Shown: positions 1-9,993, counted from the stretch's first letter. The stretch is 64,000 nucleotides of DNA from an uncultured Chloroflexia bacterium (GCA_963710105.1 CAVPYV010000001.1:1935032-1999031); one strand, 5' to 3'. The notes: generated from the sequence alone by a model not told the origin. Numbers and translations: made by a program.

Positions 1-146
1 CTCGTGTCGCAGCAGCCGGTCAGGCCGCAGATGCGGCACTGCCGGAGATGGAGCCAGGTCGAGCCGACCGCGACGCAGGCGGGGCAGACGTCGAGGCCGG
101 GGCCGACGTCGGCGATGAGCCCAAGGTGGCTGCAGGTGGTGCGCAT
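1..146 (-). CDS. UBP-type zinc-finger domain protein, N-terminal part only (gene runs off the left edge)
   Basis: Own translation of the minus strand from ATG 146-144 gives MRTTCSHLGLIADVGPGLDVCPACVAVGSTWLHLRQCRICGLTGCCDT... The Cys/His spacing (C-x-H, C-x2-C, W-x-H-L-R-x-C-x2-C-G, CCD) is typical of zf-UBP proteins. It is missing from the ORF track because the window edge truncates it. Confidence 0.5.
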   Translation of the reverse strand, partial: MRTTCSHLGLIADVGPGLDVCPACVAVGSTWLHLRQCRICGLTGCCDT

Positions 147-281
147 GACCGGAACGTACACCGCCCGCGCCGCCAGCGCAGCGGCGTTGCCCGTGGTCGG
201 CGTGGTCGCCGGACGCGATCCTCGCTAGACTCCCAACTCCGCGTCGATTGCCCAGATCGGCGCCGCCGCCCCGGAGCCCTC

Positions 282-1283
282 ATGCCCGATCTCATCTCCG
301 CCCACGGCCTCGTCAAGGTCTACCGCGGCCGCAAGACCGAGGTCCGCGCCCTCGACGGCGTCGACCTCGCCGTCCCGGAGGGGACCGTCCTCGGGCTGCT
401 CGGCCCGAACGGTGCCGGCAAGACGACGACGGTCCGGATCCTGGCGACCCTCCTGAAGCCGGACGCCGGCAGCGCGACGATCGCCGGCCACGACGTCGTT
501 CGCGAGCCCGACGCCGTCCGCCACCTGATGGGCCTGTCCGGCCAGTACGCCGCGGTCGACGAGAACCTCACCGGCAGCGAGAACCTGTGGCTGTTCGGGC
601 GGCTCTACCAGCTCCCGTCGCGCGAGGCGCGCGCCCGGGCCGACGAGCTGCTGACCCAGTTCGACCTCGACGACGCCCGCGACCGCGTCGTGAAGACGTA
701 CTCGGGCGGGATGCGCCGCCGGCTCGACCTTGCCAGCGCCCTGATCGGCCGGCCGCGGCTGCTGATCCTCGACGAGCCGACGACCGGTCTCGATCCGCGC
801 AGCCGGCTCGGGATGTGGGACGTGATCCGGGGCCTCGTCCGCGACGGGGTCACCCTCCTCCTCACGACCCAGTACCTCGAGGAGGCCGACGAGCTGGCCG
901 ACATGATCGCCGTCGTCGATCACGGGAAGATCATTGCCCGCGGCACGGCCGACGAGCTGAAGTCGCAGGTCGGCGGGGAGCGGATCGAGGTCGTCATCCG
1001 CGATCGGGCGGCCGTCGGGGCGGCGCGCGAGCTCCTCGCCCGCGACGCCGGCAGCGACACGACGCTCGACGAGCACACCCGCAAGCTGACCGTCCCGGCC
1101 CATGGCGGCGCCCAGACGCTCGTCCAGGTCGTCCGCGACTTCGACGAGGCGGGGATCCACATCGACGACATCGCCCTTCGGCGGCCGACCCTCGACGACG
1201 TGTTCCTGGCCCTGACCGGCCACGTGTCCGTCGAGGAGGAGCTTGCGGCCGCGGACCGGGGAACCGATGGGAGGGCCGCATGA
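282..1283 (+). CDS. ABC transporter ATP-binding protein (ABC-2 / DrrA-like exporter)
   Basis: Walker A GPNGAGKTT, signature YSGGMRRRL, Walker B LLILDEPT. Start moved to ATG 282 (MPDLISAHGLVKVY), with GGAG at 273-276. The upstream part of ORF 48..1283 is Arg/Gly-rich run-on. Confidence 0.9.
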   Translation: MPDLISAHGLVKVYRGRKTEVRALDGVDLAVPEGTVLGLLGPNGAGKTTTVRILATLLKPDAGSATIAGHDVVREPDAVRHLMGLSGQYAAVDENLTGSENLWLFGRLYQLPSREARARADELLTQFDLDDARDRVVKTYSGGMRRRLDLASALIGRPRLLILDEPTTGLDPRSRLGMWDVIRGLVRDGVTLLLTTQYLEEADELADMIAVVDHGKIIARGTADELKSQVGGERIEVVIRDRAAVGAARELLARDAGSDTTLDEHTRKLTVPAHGGAQTLVQVVRDFDEAGIHIDDIALRRPTLDDVFLALTGHVSVEEELAAADRGTDGRAA

Positions 1284-2098
1284 CCGCCGTGACCGATCGC
1301 CGCCGCAGCCGGGCCGGCGATGCCGTGACCGACGGGCTGCTCGTCGGCTGGCGCAACCTGAAGCGGATCCCGCGCATCCCGGAGCTGGCGATCTTCGCCG
1401 TCCTCCAGTCGATCATGTTCGTGCTGCTGTTCGCGTTCGTGTTCGGCGGGGCGATCCCGATCCCGGGCGGCGGCGACTACAAGGCCTACCTGATGCCGGG
1501 CATCTTCGCCCAGACGATCGTGTTCGCCGCGGGCACGACCGCGATCGGGATGGCCGACGACGTCCACAAGGGGATCATCGACCGGTTCCGCTCGCTGCCG
1601 ATGTCGCGCTCCGCGGTCCTGACCGGCCGGACGTTCTCCGACGTCATCTACAACGCGATGATCCTCGTCGTCCTGATGGCCACCGGCTTCGCCATCGGCT
1701 GGCGGGTCGAGTCGATCCCGGCCTTGGTCGCCGGGTTCCTGCTCCTGCTCTTCTTCGCCTACGGGATGGCCTGGCTCGGCGTTTGGCTCGGTCTCAACGT
1801 TCCGACGGTCGAGGTCGGCCAGCAGGTGATCTTCACGACCCTCTTCCCGATCACGTTCATCTCGAACGTCTTCGTCCCGCTCCAGGGCCTGCCGTCGTGG
1901 CTCCAGCCCGTCGCCGAGTGGAACCCGACCTCCACCCTGACGGCGTCGCTGCGCCAGCTCTGGGGCAACCCCAACCCGGCCACGTCGGACAGCCTGGCCG
2001 TCCAGCAGCCGATCCTCGTGACGATCGCATGGGTCATCGTGATCATCGCGATCTTCGGGCCGCTCGGCGTCCGTCGCTACCGCTCGATGAGCCGCTGA
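1280..2098 (+). CDS. ABC-2 type transporter permease
   Basis: Six-TM-like hydrophobic protein (MTAVTDRRR...LVGWRNLKRIPRIPELAIFAVLQSIMFVLLF). ATG 1280 overlaps the ATPase stop (ATGA), indicating translational coupling. Confidence 0.85.
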   Translation: MTAVTDRRRSRAGDAVTDGLLVGWRNLKRIPRIPELAIFAVLQSIMFVLLFAFVFGGAIPIPGGGDYKAYLMPGIFAQTIVFAAGTTAIGMADDVHKGIIDRFRSLPMSRSAVLTGRTFSDVIYNAMILVVLMATGFAIGWRVESIPALVAGFLLLLFFAYGMAWLGVWLGLNVPTVEVGQQVIFTTLFPITFISNVFVPLQGLPSWLQPVAEWNPTSTLTASLRQLWGNPNPATSDSLAVQQPILVTIAWVIVIIAIFGPLGVRRYRSMSR

Positions 2099-2099
2099 C

Positions 2100-3143
2100 A
2101 TGACCGACGACGACGCTCCCGCCCCCGCCCGCCGCCCGTCCCGCCGCGCGCCCGCGCCCGGCTCGCGGGCGGCCGATGCCCAGGCCGCCGGACCCGCGCC
2201 CGAGGGTCCGATCCGGGCGGCCAACCAGGCCGAGCCCGGACCGGCCAACGCCCGCTGGCGCGCGCTGCTCGCGGAGGGCGGGCCGATCCTCGCCGACGGC
2301 GCGATGGGCACGATGCTCTTCGCCTCCGGGCTCCAGTTCGGCGACCCGCCCGAGGCCTGGAACGTCAGCAACCCCGAGGTCGTCCGGCGGATCCACCGCG
2401 GCTACCTCGACGCCGGCTCGCGGATCGTGATGACGAACACCTTCGGCGGCAACCGGCTGCGGCTCCGCCTCCACGGCCTCGACAAGCGGGTGTCCGAGCT
2501 GAACCGGACGGCGGCGATCCTCCTCCGGGCCGAGGTCGACGCGGCCGGCGGGCGGGCGCTCGTGGCCGGCGACATCGGGCCGTCGGGCGAGATCATGGCG
2601 CCGCTCGGGACGCTCGACGAGGACGAGGCGGTCGACGTCTTCGCCGAGCAGGCGGCAGCCCTGATCGCCGGCGGCGTCGACGTGATCTGGATCGAGACGA
2701 TGTCGCACCTGTCCGAGATCGGGGCGGCGATCCGGGGCGTCCGGCGGGCGTCGGCCGCGATCCCGATCATCGCGACGATGACGTTCGACACCCGCGGCTT
2801 CACGATGATGGGCGTCTCGCCGGAGCAGGCCGCGCGATCGCTCCTCGAGGCCGGAGCCGACGCGATCGGCGGCAACTGCGGCAACGGGCCCGACGAGCTG
2901 CTGCCCGTGATCGAGAAGATGCACGCCGTCGCCCCGGACGCGGTGCTCGTCGCCAAATCCAACGCCGGGATGCCCGAGCTGGTCGACCTCCGCGCCGTCT
3001 ATCGGGCCGACCCGCCCACGATGGCCGAGGCCGGGCTCGGGTTCCGGGCAGCCGGCGCCCGGATCATCGGTGCCTGCTGCGGATCGTCGCCGGCCCACCT
3101 CGCGGCGATGGCGGAGGCGCTCGGAGTACCCCACCCCGGCTGA
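2100..3143 (+). CDS. Homocysteine S-methyltransferase family protein (MmuM / MetH N-domain like)
   Basis: ADGAMGTML, MTNTFGGN, GGNCGNGP and IIGACCGSSPAHL (Zn-binding Cys) motifs. The first 60 or so aa are Pro/Ala-rich, so the true start is uncertain. Confidence 0.8.
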   Translation: MTDDDAPAPARRPSRRAPAPGSRAADAQAAGPAPEGPIRAANQAEPGPANARWRALLAEGGPILADGAMGTMLFASGLQFGDPPEAWNVSNPEVVRRIHRGYLDAGSRIVMTNTFGGNRLRLRLHGLDKRVSELNRTAAILLRAEVDAAGGRALVAGDIGPSGEIMAPLGTLDEDEAVDVFAEQAAALIAGGVDVIWIETMSHLSEIGAAIRGVRRASAAIPIIATMTFDTRGFTMMGVSPEQAARSLLEAGADAIGGNCGNGPDELLPVIEKMHAVAPDAVLVAKSNAGMPELVDLRAVYRADPPTMAEAGLGFRAAGARIIGACCGSSPAHLAAMAEALGVPHPG

Positions 3144-3148
3144 TCAGC

Positions 3149-3490
3149 TCAGGCCGGATCGAGGACCCGGAGCGGGGTCCGGCAGGCGAACCACACGCCG
3201 GGCCGCACCTCGCCGCCATACAGCTCGACGCGGTCGCCGGTGGCCGCGATCGTCCGGCCGAGCGGGTCGATGACGAACAGCCGGTCGCCGACCGCGCGGA
3301 AGGAGAACCCGTCGCGCCAGTCGATCTCGACGTGGCGCGCGCCGTCGAGGTATCCGACGTCGGACCCGAGGGGCTCGAGTGTCCCGGTGGTCACGTTCGC
3401 CGGGCAGGCATCGACGAGTGTCCCGGTCGGCCCCGTCCCGCAGGCGGCGAGCAGCGCGGCAAGGACGAGGATCGCCGCCCGCGCGGTCAT
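3149..3490 (-). CDS. Small lipoprotein, function unknown
   Basis: MTARAAILVLAALLAACGTG has a signal peptide plus lipobox (LAAC). Start trimmed to ATG 3490 within ORF 3149..3685. Confidence 0.6.
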   Translation of the reverse strand: MTARAAILVLAALLAACGTGPTGTLVDACPANVTTGTLEPLGSDVGYLDGARHVEIDWRDGFSFRAVGDRLFVIDPLGRTIAATGDRVELYGGEVRPGVWFACRTPLRVLDPA

Positions 3491-3494
3491 CGCG

Positions 3495-4145
3495 TCAGTG
3501 CTCTTCGCTCCCCCCGGCGAGGCGCTCGCCGGCGTGGATCGGAACGGGGAGCCGGTTCTCGGCCGGCGTGAGCGGGCACGAGAACTGGGGCGCGTAGACG
3601 CAGGACGGGTGGTAGGCGAGGTTGAAGTCGATCGCGTACGTCCCGTCCTCGTCGGGCTCGAGGTCCAGATAGCGGCCGGCGCCATACGTCTCGGTGCCGC
3701 TCGTCGCGTCGAGGAACGGCAGGAAGAGCGACTCCGGCCGGCCGTCGTTGAGGACGTAGGCGGTCAGCTGACGCGGCGCCCCATCGAGCTCGAAGCGGAA
3801 GACGCCGGCCCGATGGGCGGGTCGGAGGCGCCCGTCGGAGGTCGGGATCTCGAACCTCGACGGCTCGCTGCCGGTGTACGGCTCGAGCGTCAGGCCCTCG
3901 AAGACGAGATCGACATCGACCGGGTAGTACGGCAGGCCGGTGAAGGCATCGCGCTCTTCCAGGGGGATTGGGCTGCCCGGCGCCGACTTGAAGAAGGCGT
4001 CCTTCTCGGCCCGGTACCCGGCGATCGCGGAGCCGTAGTCGTGCGGCCCGTCGTGGTGGTGATGGTCGTGGCCGTGCTCGTCATGGCCGCCGTGGTCGTC
4101 GTGGCCGTGGTCGTCGTGGCCGTGGTCGTCGTGCTCGGTCGTCAT
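3495..4145 (-). CDS. DUF1684 domain protein with N-terminal His/Asp-rich tract
   Basis: The C-terminal 170 or so aa (YRAEKDAFFK...GLPYYPVD...GAGRYLDLEPDEDG...DFNLAYHPSCVY) match the DUF1684 pattern as I recall it. The N-terminus is HDDHGHDDHGHDDHGGHDEHGHDHHHHD. Confidence 0.75.
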   Translation of the reverse strand: MTTEHDDHGHDDHGHDDHGGHDEHGHDHHHHDGPHDYGSAIAGYRAEKDAFFKSAPGSPIPLEERDAFTGLPYYPVDVDLVFEGLTLEPYTGSEPSRFEIPTSDGRLRPAHRAGVFRFELDGAPRQLTAYVLNDGRPESLFLPFLDATSGTETYGAGRYLDLEPDEDGTYAIDFNLAYHPSCVYAPQFSCPLTPAENRLPVPIHAGERLAGGSEEH

Positions 4146-4156
4146 GGCGCTCCCTG

Positions 4157-4243
<87 letters not shown>

Positions 4244-4365
4244 GCGACGGAGAATAGCGGGCGGCGGGGCTCGAGGGCGCGGATTCACACCCGGCTCGAC
4301 CGTCGGCCGGCGACGCCCGGCGAGGGCGGGCGTCGCGACGCGAGGATGTTGGGAGCGACGATCGA

Positions 4366-4764
4366 TCAGGCGTGCTCGTCGTCGGCGTCGGCTTCCGCCT
4401 TGGTCCGATGGATCGTTCCGGGCGCGTGCTGGGGCGGCGCGTAGACCGTGTACAGCTTCAGGTCGGCCGCGCCGTCGTTGACGAAGTTGTGCCGCGTGCC
4501 CGCCGGGACATGGACGAGGCGGCCGGGGCCGACCGGGCTTCGCTGGCCCTCGAGGACGGCGGCGCCCGCGCCCGCGACGAACACGAGGACCTGATCGACG
4601 TCGGGGTGGACCTCCTCGCCGATCTCGCCGCCGGCGGGGATGCTCATCACGACGACCTGGGCATGCGGCCCGGTCGAGACGACCTCGCGGAAGAAGGAGT
4701 TGGCCTTCGCCCGTGCGGCGATGTCGGCGCTGAATGGCTCGAAGACCTTCGGGGTCATGGTCAT
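4366..4764 (-). CDS. Cupin domain protein
   Basis: GGEIGEEVHPDVDQVLVFVAGAG...LVHVPAGTRHNFVN matches the two cupin motifs. Start set at MTMTPKV (ATG 4764), with AGAGAGG upstream. Confidence 0.75.
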   Translation of the reverse strand: MTMTPKVFEPFSADIAARAKANSFFREVVSTGPHAQVVVMSIPAGGEIGEEVHPDVDQVLVFVAGAGAAVLEGQRSPVGPGRLVHVPAGTRHNFVNDGAADLKLYTVYAPPQHAPGTIHRTKAEADADDEHA

Positions 4765-4854
4765 GTCGACCTCTCTTTCAGGCCAACGATGGCCCCATGT
4801 CCGGCGAGCGCGCCAGAGCCGAACGGGGGGGTCGCGATCGACCACGCGTGGGCC

Positions 4855-6201
4855 TCAGGTGCGGGCAACGATCGCGTCGCGGCCGAGATACGGGCGGAGG
4901 ACGTCGGGGACCTCGACCGAGCCGTCCGGCCGCTGGTACGTCTCGAGGATCGCGGCGACGACCCGGGCCAGGGCGAGCCCCGACCCGTTGAGCGTGTGGA
5001 CGAGCTCCGGCCTGGCGCCGGGCTCGGGCCGCCAGCGGATCGCCATCCGGCGCGCCTGGTAGTCGCGGAAGTTCGAGCACGAGCTGACCTCGAGCCAGGC
5101 CTCGACGCCCGGCGCCCAGACCTCGAGGTCGTACTTCTTCGCCTGGACGAACCCCATCTCCTTCGTCGCCATCAGGAGGACGCGGTACGCCAGCCCGAGC
5201 CGTTGGAGGAGGATCTCGGCCCGCTCGGTGAGCCATTCGAGGGCGGCCGCGGACTCGGCCGGCTTCTCGAAGAACACCATCTCGACCTTGTCGAACTGGT
5301 GGACCCGAAGGATCCCGCGGGTGTCCTTGCCGGCCGCCCCGGCCTCGCGCCGGAAGCACGGCGAGTAGGCGGCGTAGCGGATCGGGAGCTGGTCGGCCTC
5401 GAGGATCTCGTCGCGATGGAGGTTCGTGACCGGGACCTCGGCGGTGGGGACCAGGTAGAGCTCGTCGCGGGTGACGACGTACATCTGGTCTTCCTTGTCG
5501 GGGATCTGGCCGGTCCCGGTGGCCGATGCCGTGTTGACGACGGCCGGCGGCCAGACCTCGGTCATCCCGTTCTCGCGGGTGTGGACGTCGAGGAAGAAGT
5601 TGATCAGCGCCCGTTGGAGCGCGGAGCCGGCGCCCTTGTAGACCGGGAAGCCGGAGCCGCTGATCTTCGCGCCGCGCGGGTTGTCGATGATGTCGAGCTC
5701 GGTGGCGAGCTCCCAGTGCGGGCGGCGGCGCCAGGTGGCGGCGCCGACCGCCGCGTCCGCGCCGACCTCGCCGACGACCGGCTGCTCGACGGGCAGGAGC
5801 TCGCCCCACGTTCGGACGGTGACGTTCGCCTCCTCGCCGCCGACGGGCACGTCCGGGTCGGCCGGGTTCGGGATCCGGAGGAGGAGCTGCTCGACCTCGG
5901 TCTCGACCGTGGCCAGCTCGGCGTCGATCGTCTCGATCTTGCGGCCTGCCTCGACCGACGCTGCCTTGAGGGCGGCAACCTCGGGGCCGTCCGGCTTCGC
6001 GCCGGCCTTGATCGCCGCGCCGACCTGCTTGCTGGCGGCGTTCCGCTCGGCCTTGAGGGCGTCCCCCTCGCCGAGGAGCGTCCGGCGGCGCGTGTCGAGC
6101 TCGAGCGCCCGGTCGACGATCGCGGGGTCCTCGCCCTTGTCGATCGCGCCGCGGCGGATCGTGTCCGCGTCCTCGCGGAGGCGTTGCAGCCCGACGCTCA
6201 T
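4855..6201 (-). CDS. serS: Serine--tRNA ligase
   Basis: N-terminal coiled-coil arm (LRRGAIDKGED...ELDTRRR...) and class II core (FRREAGAAGKDTRGILRVHQFDKVE, TLNGSGLA). Confidence 0.95.
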   Translation of the reverse strand: MSVGLQRLREDADTIRRGAIDKGEDPAIVDRALELDTRRRTLLGEGDALKAERNAASKQVGAAIKAGAKPDGPEVAALKAASVEAGRKIETIDAELATVETEVEQLLLRIPNPADPDVPVGGEEANVTVRTWGELLPVEQPVVGEVGADAAVGAATWRRRPHWELATELDIIDNPRGAKISGSGFPVYKGAGSALQRALINFFLDVHTRENGMTEVWPPAVVNTASATGTGQIPDKEDQMYVVTRDELYLVPTAEVPVTNLHRDEILEADQLPIRYAAYSPCFRREAGAAGKDTRGILRVHQFDKVEMVFFEKPAESAAALEWLTERAEILLQRLGLAYRVLLMATKEMGFVQAKKYDLEVWAPGVEAWLEVSSCSNFRDYQARRMAIRWRPEPGARPELVHTLNGSGLALARVVAAILETYQRPDGSVEVPDVLRPYLGRDAIVART

Positions 6202-7808
6202 GCCGTCCCCCCCGTCGCCGTCCCGGCCGCCCGCAGGCGCTCGATCGCGAACGCGCGATCGAGCGAGGCGAGGAGCCAGCCGGCGCGCGGTCCGTTGGAC
6301 CGGCCGAGGAACGCGGCGTAGAGCGCTGCGAACGCCCGGCCGTTCGCCAAGCCGGCGTCACCGGCGACCGCGAAGATCAGGTTCTGCCAGGCCTCGCCGG
6401 ACGCGGGCGGCGCGGCGGCCGAGCGGGCGGCGTCGGCAAGCGCGGCGAGGTAGCGGCGCTGGTCCTCATCGAGGGCCGCGACAGACTCGGTTGGAAGCGC
6501 CTCCCGGATCGCGACGATCGCCCGCTCCGGTGCGTACGTCTCGAGCCACGCCCGGGCGGCGCGGACCCGCTCGTCGAAGATCGCCGACTCGCGAGGCGTC
6601 AGGGCGCTCCCCTTCTCCGCCGCGACCCGCGCCGCGAGATCGACGTTGGGGATCTGGAGGAGCAGGGCGAGATGCGAGAACGCCGGCCGGAACGCGGCCG
6701 CCTCGGCGGCGGGATCGGCCGCGGGGTCGAGCAGCGAGTAGGCGAACGTCGCGGCATGGCCCGGGGCGATCTCGCCGCGGACCTCTCTGCCGGCGGTCGC
6801 CGCGGCGAACTTGTCGAACTCGTCGAAGAGGCGCGGGATGGCGTCCGTGCCCTCCGGCTCGAACTCGATCACCTGGTTCGGGCGGGGCCGGATGAACATG
6901 AACCGGAGCTGCTCGGGCGGGACGACGTCGGCGATCTCGTGGGCGGCGGCGCCGCGGCCCTTCGAGGTCGACATCTTCTTGCCGCCGATGTTCAGGAACT
7001 CGTAGGGCACGTTGAGTGGCGGCTCCCGCTCGAAGATCTCGCGGGCGATCGCGTCGGCGCGGTCGCGCGATCCGCCCGCGGTCGAGAGGTCCTTGCCGCA
7101 CGGCTCGATCGTCACCCCGAAGAGCGACCATTGGGCGGCCCACTCGAGGTTCCAGCCGAGCTTGCCGGTGCCGCCGAAGGGGGAGATCCAGCCTGACGTG
7201 CCGCAGCCGCGGGCCCAGGTCACGAGCTGCTCGCGGCACTCGAAGAAGACCCGGTCCCCGTCCCACTCGGTGACGATCGTCGTCCCGATCTTGCCGCAGT
7301 GCGGGCAGACGACCTGGATCGGGTGCCAATTGTCCGCGTGCTGGACGTTCGCGACGCGGCGGTAGATGTCGCGGACGGCCGCGGCGCGATCGAGGGCGGT
7401 CCGGATGAAGCCGTCCATCTGTCCGGTCGGGTAGATGTCGCTCATCCAGTAGTAGCGATCGGGATGGATCCCGAGGCCGGCGAAGATGTCGATGAACGTC
7501 TGGGCGTGGTGGCGGGCGTAGGACTCGTGGCCGTCGGCGACCTGGTCGGGGACGTGGGCCAGCGGCCGACCCATCTCGTGATCGACCGCGTCGGGCGTCA
7601 GGAGCGCCTGGGCATCCATCGGATCCATGTCGTCGATGCCGTAGAGGAGCGTCGTCTCCAGGCCGCGGGCGCGGAGGGCACGGGTGATGACGTCGAGGAT
7701 CACCGGGCCGCGCAGCGAGCCGACGTGGACGGTCCCCGACGGCGTCTTGCTGTCATTGACGACCTGCGGTCCGCTGACGCTGGCCGCGAGCTCGTCGGCC
7801 CAGTCCAT
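6198..7808 (-). CDS. lysK: Lysine--tRNA ligase, class I
   Basis: HVGSLRG (HIGH-like) and KMSTSKGRG (KMSKS) motifs, 536 aa, overall class I LysRS layout. The stop overlaps the serS start by 4 nt. Confidence 0.9.
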   Translation of the reverse strand: MDWADELAASVSGPQVVNDSKTPSGTVHVGSLRGPVILDVITRALRARGLETTLLYGIDDMDPMDAQALLTPDAVDHEMGRPLAHVPDQVADGHESYARHHAQTFIDIFAGLGIHPDRYYWMSDIYPTGQMDGFIRTALDRAAAVRDIYRRVANVQHADNWHPIQVVCPHCGKIGTTIVTEWDGDRVFFECREQLVTWARGCGTSGWISPFGGTGKLGWNLEWAAQWSLFGVTIEPCGKDLSTAGGSRDRADAIAREIFEREPPLNVPYEFLNIGGKKMSTSKGRGAAAHEIADVVPPEQLRFMFIRPRPNQVIEFEPEGTDAIPRLFDEFDKFAAATAGREVRGEIAPGHAATFAYSLLDPAADPAAEAAAFRPAFSHLALLLQIPNVDLAARVAAEKGSALTPRESAIFDERVRAARAWLETYAPERAIVAIREALPTESVAALDEDQRRYLAALADAARSAAAPPASGEAWQNLIFAVAGDAGLANGRAFAALYAAFLGRSNGPRAGWLLASLDRAFAIERLRAAGTATGGTA

Positions 7809-7874
7809 GCTCTTCGATCCCTTCCGCGGCCTCGGCGGGCCACCGGCCCGGGCGAGCCGACGGCTCGGTCCGGA

Positions 7875-8342
7875 CTAGCTGATGCTGACGACCTTGTAGG
7901 TGAAATCGCCGGCCGGGACCCGCACGAGGACCTTCTCGCCCTTCTTCTTGCCGAGCAGCGCGCGCCCGACGGGGCTCTCGTTGCTGATCCGGCCCTCGGT
8001 CGGCTTGGCCTCGGTGGAGCCGACGATCGTGAACGATTCCTCGCCGCCGTCGTCGCTCGCGACCTTCACGGTCGAGCCGATCTGGACGTGATCGGTCGAG
8101 TGGTTCTCGTCGATGATCGTGGCGTTCTTGATCAGGGCCTGGAGCGTCTGGATCCGGCCCTCGACGAACGCCTGCTCGTTCTTCGCGTCCTCGTACTCGG
8201 CGTTCTCGCTGAGATCGCCGTGCTCCTTGGCGTCGTGGATCCGCTGGGCGACCTCCGGCCGCTTGACGGAGGTCATCTCGTCGAGCTCCGTGCGGAGCTT
8301 GTCGAGGCCATCCTTGGAGAGATACGTCGGCTTGCTGTTCAT
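7875..8342 (-). CDS. greA: Transcription elongation factor GreA
   Basis: LSKDGLDKLRTELDEM...HGDLSENAEYEDAKNEQAFVEGRI...; typical GreA length and motifs. Confidence 0.95.
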   Translation of the reverse strand: MNSKPTYLSKDGLDKLRTELDEMTSVKRPEVAQRIHDAKEHGDLSENAEYEDAKNEQAFVEGRIQTLQALIKNATIIDENHSTDHVQIGSTVKVASDDGGEESFTIVGSTEAKPTEGRISNESPVGRALLGKKKGEKVLVRVPAGDFTYKVVSIS

Positions 8343-8463
8343 CGGGTCGGGCGCCCCCAGGTCGTGGGTCGACGGGCCGATCGGCCGCGTCTGCGGGGTT
8401 CAGATAAAGGAAAGAACTCCAGGCTGCGCACCCTACGTCGCGCCTGAAGTTCGACCGGCCGAA

Positions 8464-8492
8464 AGGGTAGCGCGGGGGGTCGGCCGTGTCAA
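8464..8492 (-). promoter_or_regulatory. Putative sigma-70 type promoter for greA (TTGACA-17 nt-TACCCT)
   Basis: The minus strand reads TTGACAcggccgaccccccgcgcTACCCT about 120 nt upstream of the greA ATG. Sequence match only. Confidence 0.3.
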
Positions 8493-8528
8493 AAGGAAGT
8501 CCCGGACCAGAGGGCCTGCGAACCGCCC

Positions 8529-8993
8529 TCAGCCGGCGTAATCGCGAACGCGGGACGCCACCCGGCGGAGCGCCGTCCGATCCGGGCAGGCGACGAATAC
8601 CGTGTCGTCGCCGGCGATCGATCCGGCGACCTCGGGCCAGCGGGCGCGGTCGAGCGCGGCGGCGATCGCGTGGGCCGACCCCGGCAGGGTCCGGATCACG
8701 AGGAGGAGGCCAGCCTCGCGCAGCTCGACCGGCAGGTCGCGGAGCAGGGCGCGGAGGCGGTCCTCACCGGAGGTCTCGGCCTCGACCAGTCGCTTCGGCA
8801 GGGCGTACGCCTGGGTCCCGTCGCGCGCCGCCTTCACGAGCCCGAGCTCGGCGACGTCGCGCGACATCGTCGCCTGGGTCGTCCGGAAGCCGCGGTCGCG
8901 AAGCGCGGCGGCGAGCTCCTGCTGGGTCCGGATCGGGCGCGTCGCGATCAGGTCGCGGATCGCCCGGTGGCGGAGCTGCTTCATCACTTCCAT
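8529..8993 (-). CDS. argR: Arginine repressor
   Basis: RHRAIRDLIATRPIRTQQELAAALRDRGFRTTQATMSRDVAELGLVK (winged helix) plus the C-terminal oligomerisation/Arg-binding region GDDTVFV. The start could be 8993 or 8984. Confidence 0.85.
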   Translation of the reverse strand: MEVMKQLRHRAIRDLIATRPIRTQQELAAALRDRGFRTTQATMSRDVAELGLVKAARDGTQAYALPKRLVEAETSGEDRLRALLRDLPVELREAGLLLVIRTLPGSAHAIAAALDRARWPEVAGSIAGDDTVFVACPDRTALRRVASRVRDYAG

Positions 8994-9078
8994 CGTTCGC
9001 GAGGGTACCGCCTGGAGCACCGGCCGCGGGTCGGCCCCGGCCGGTCGGGCCTGCCCGAGGCGGCCGACGGCGCGACGC

Positions 9079-9897
9079 TCAGCCGAGCCAGACGATCAGC
9101 ACCGCCGCGGCGAGGATGACCCGATAGGCCACGAAGACATCGGTCGACTGGGTTCGCAGGAATCGCAGGAGGACGGCGATCGCGAGGACGCCGAACACGA
9201 ACGACGTCACGAGCCCCGCGGCCATCGGGCCCACCTGGATCGCCACGCCCTCGCCGCGGACGACCTGGAGCAGCTCGTAGGCCGCGGCGGCGGCGGTGAT
9301 CGGCGTCGCCATCAGGAAGCTGAACCGCGCGGCCTCGGCGCGGCGCAGCCCGAGGAAGAGGCCCGCCGAGATCGAGATCCCGGAGCGGCTGATCCCCGGG
9401 ATCAGGGCGATCGCCTGGGCGCCGCCGACCACGAAGGCCTGCGGGATCGACAGGTCCAACGCCATCCGGCGGCGGCTGCCGGTTCGCTCGGCGAGCCACA
9501 GGATCGCGCCGCCGACGACGAGCATGACGGCCACGAGGCCGACCTCGCGGATCACGTTCTCGAGGTCGCGCAGCAGGAACCCGATGATGAGGGCGGGGAC
9601 CGTCGCCGCGGCCAGCAGGATCGCCAGGCGGCGGTCCGGGTCGCCGTCGAGCGAGCGGTGACGGATGGCCGCGAAGAAGGCCGGCACGAGACGCAGCCAG
9701 TCGGTCCGGAAGTACAGGAGGAGCGCCGCGAGCGTGCCGATGTGGAGGATCACGCTGAACTCGAGCGACGTGATGAACGGATCGTCGATCCCGAGCAGGT
9801 ACGGGACGATGATCAGGTGCCCGCTCGAGGAGACGGGCAGGAACTCGGTCAGGCCCTGGACGATGCCCATGATCACGGCGGCGAGGAGCGTGTCCAT
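9079..9897 (-). CDS. uppP: Undecaprenyl-diphosphate phosphatase
   Basis: GIVQGLTEFLPVSSSGHLII and PGISRSGISI motifs of the BacA/UppP family. Confidence 0.95.
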   Translation of the reverse strand: MDTLLAAVIMGIVQGLTEFLPVSSSGHLIIVPYLLGIDDPFITSLEFSVILHIGTLAALLLYFRTDWLRLVPAFFAAIRHRSLDGDPDRRLAILLAAATVPALIIGFLLRDLENVIREVGLVAVMLVVGGAILWLAERTGSRRRMALDLSIPQAFVVGGAQAIALIPGISRSGISISAGLFLGLRRAEAARFSFLMATPITAAAAAYELLQVVRGEGVAIQVGPMAAGLVTSFVFGVLAIAVLLRFLRTQSTDVFVAYRVILAAAVLIVWLG

Positions 9898-9993
9898 CAG
9901 TTCCGATCAGCTGGTCCGGGCTGGGCGGGCCCGGTCGGGGGGACGGCGGCGGGCGGCGCGGCGGGCCCGGCCCGCGACGCCGCCCGGCGACGG

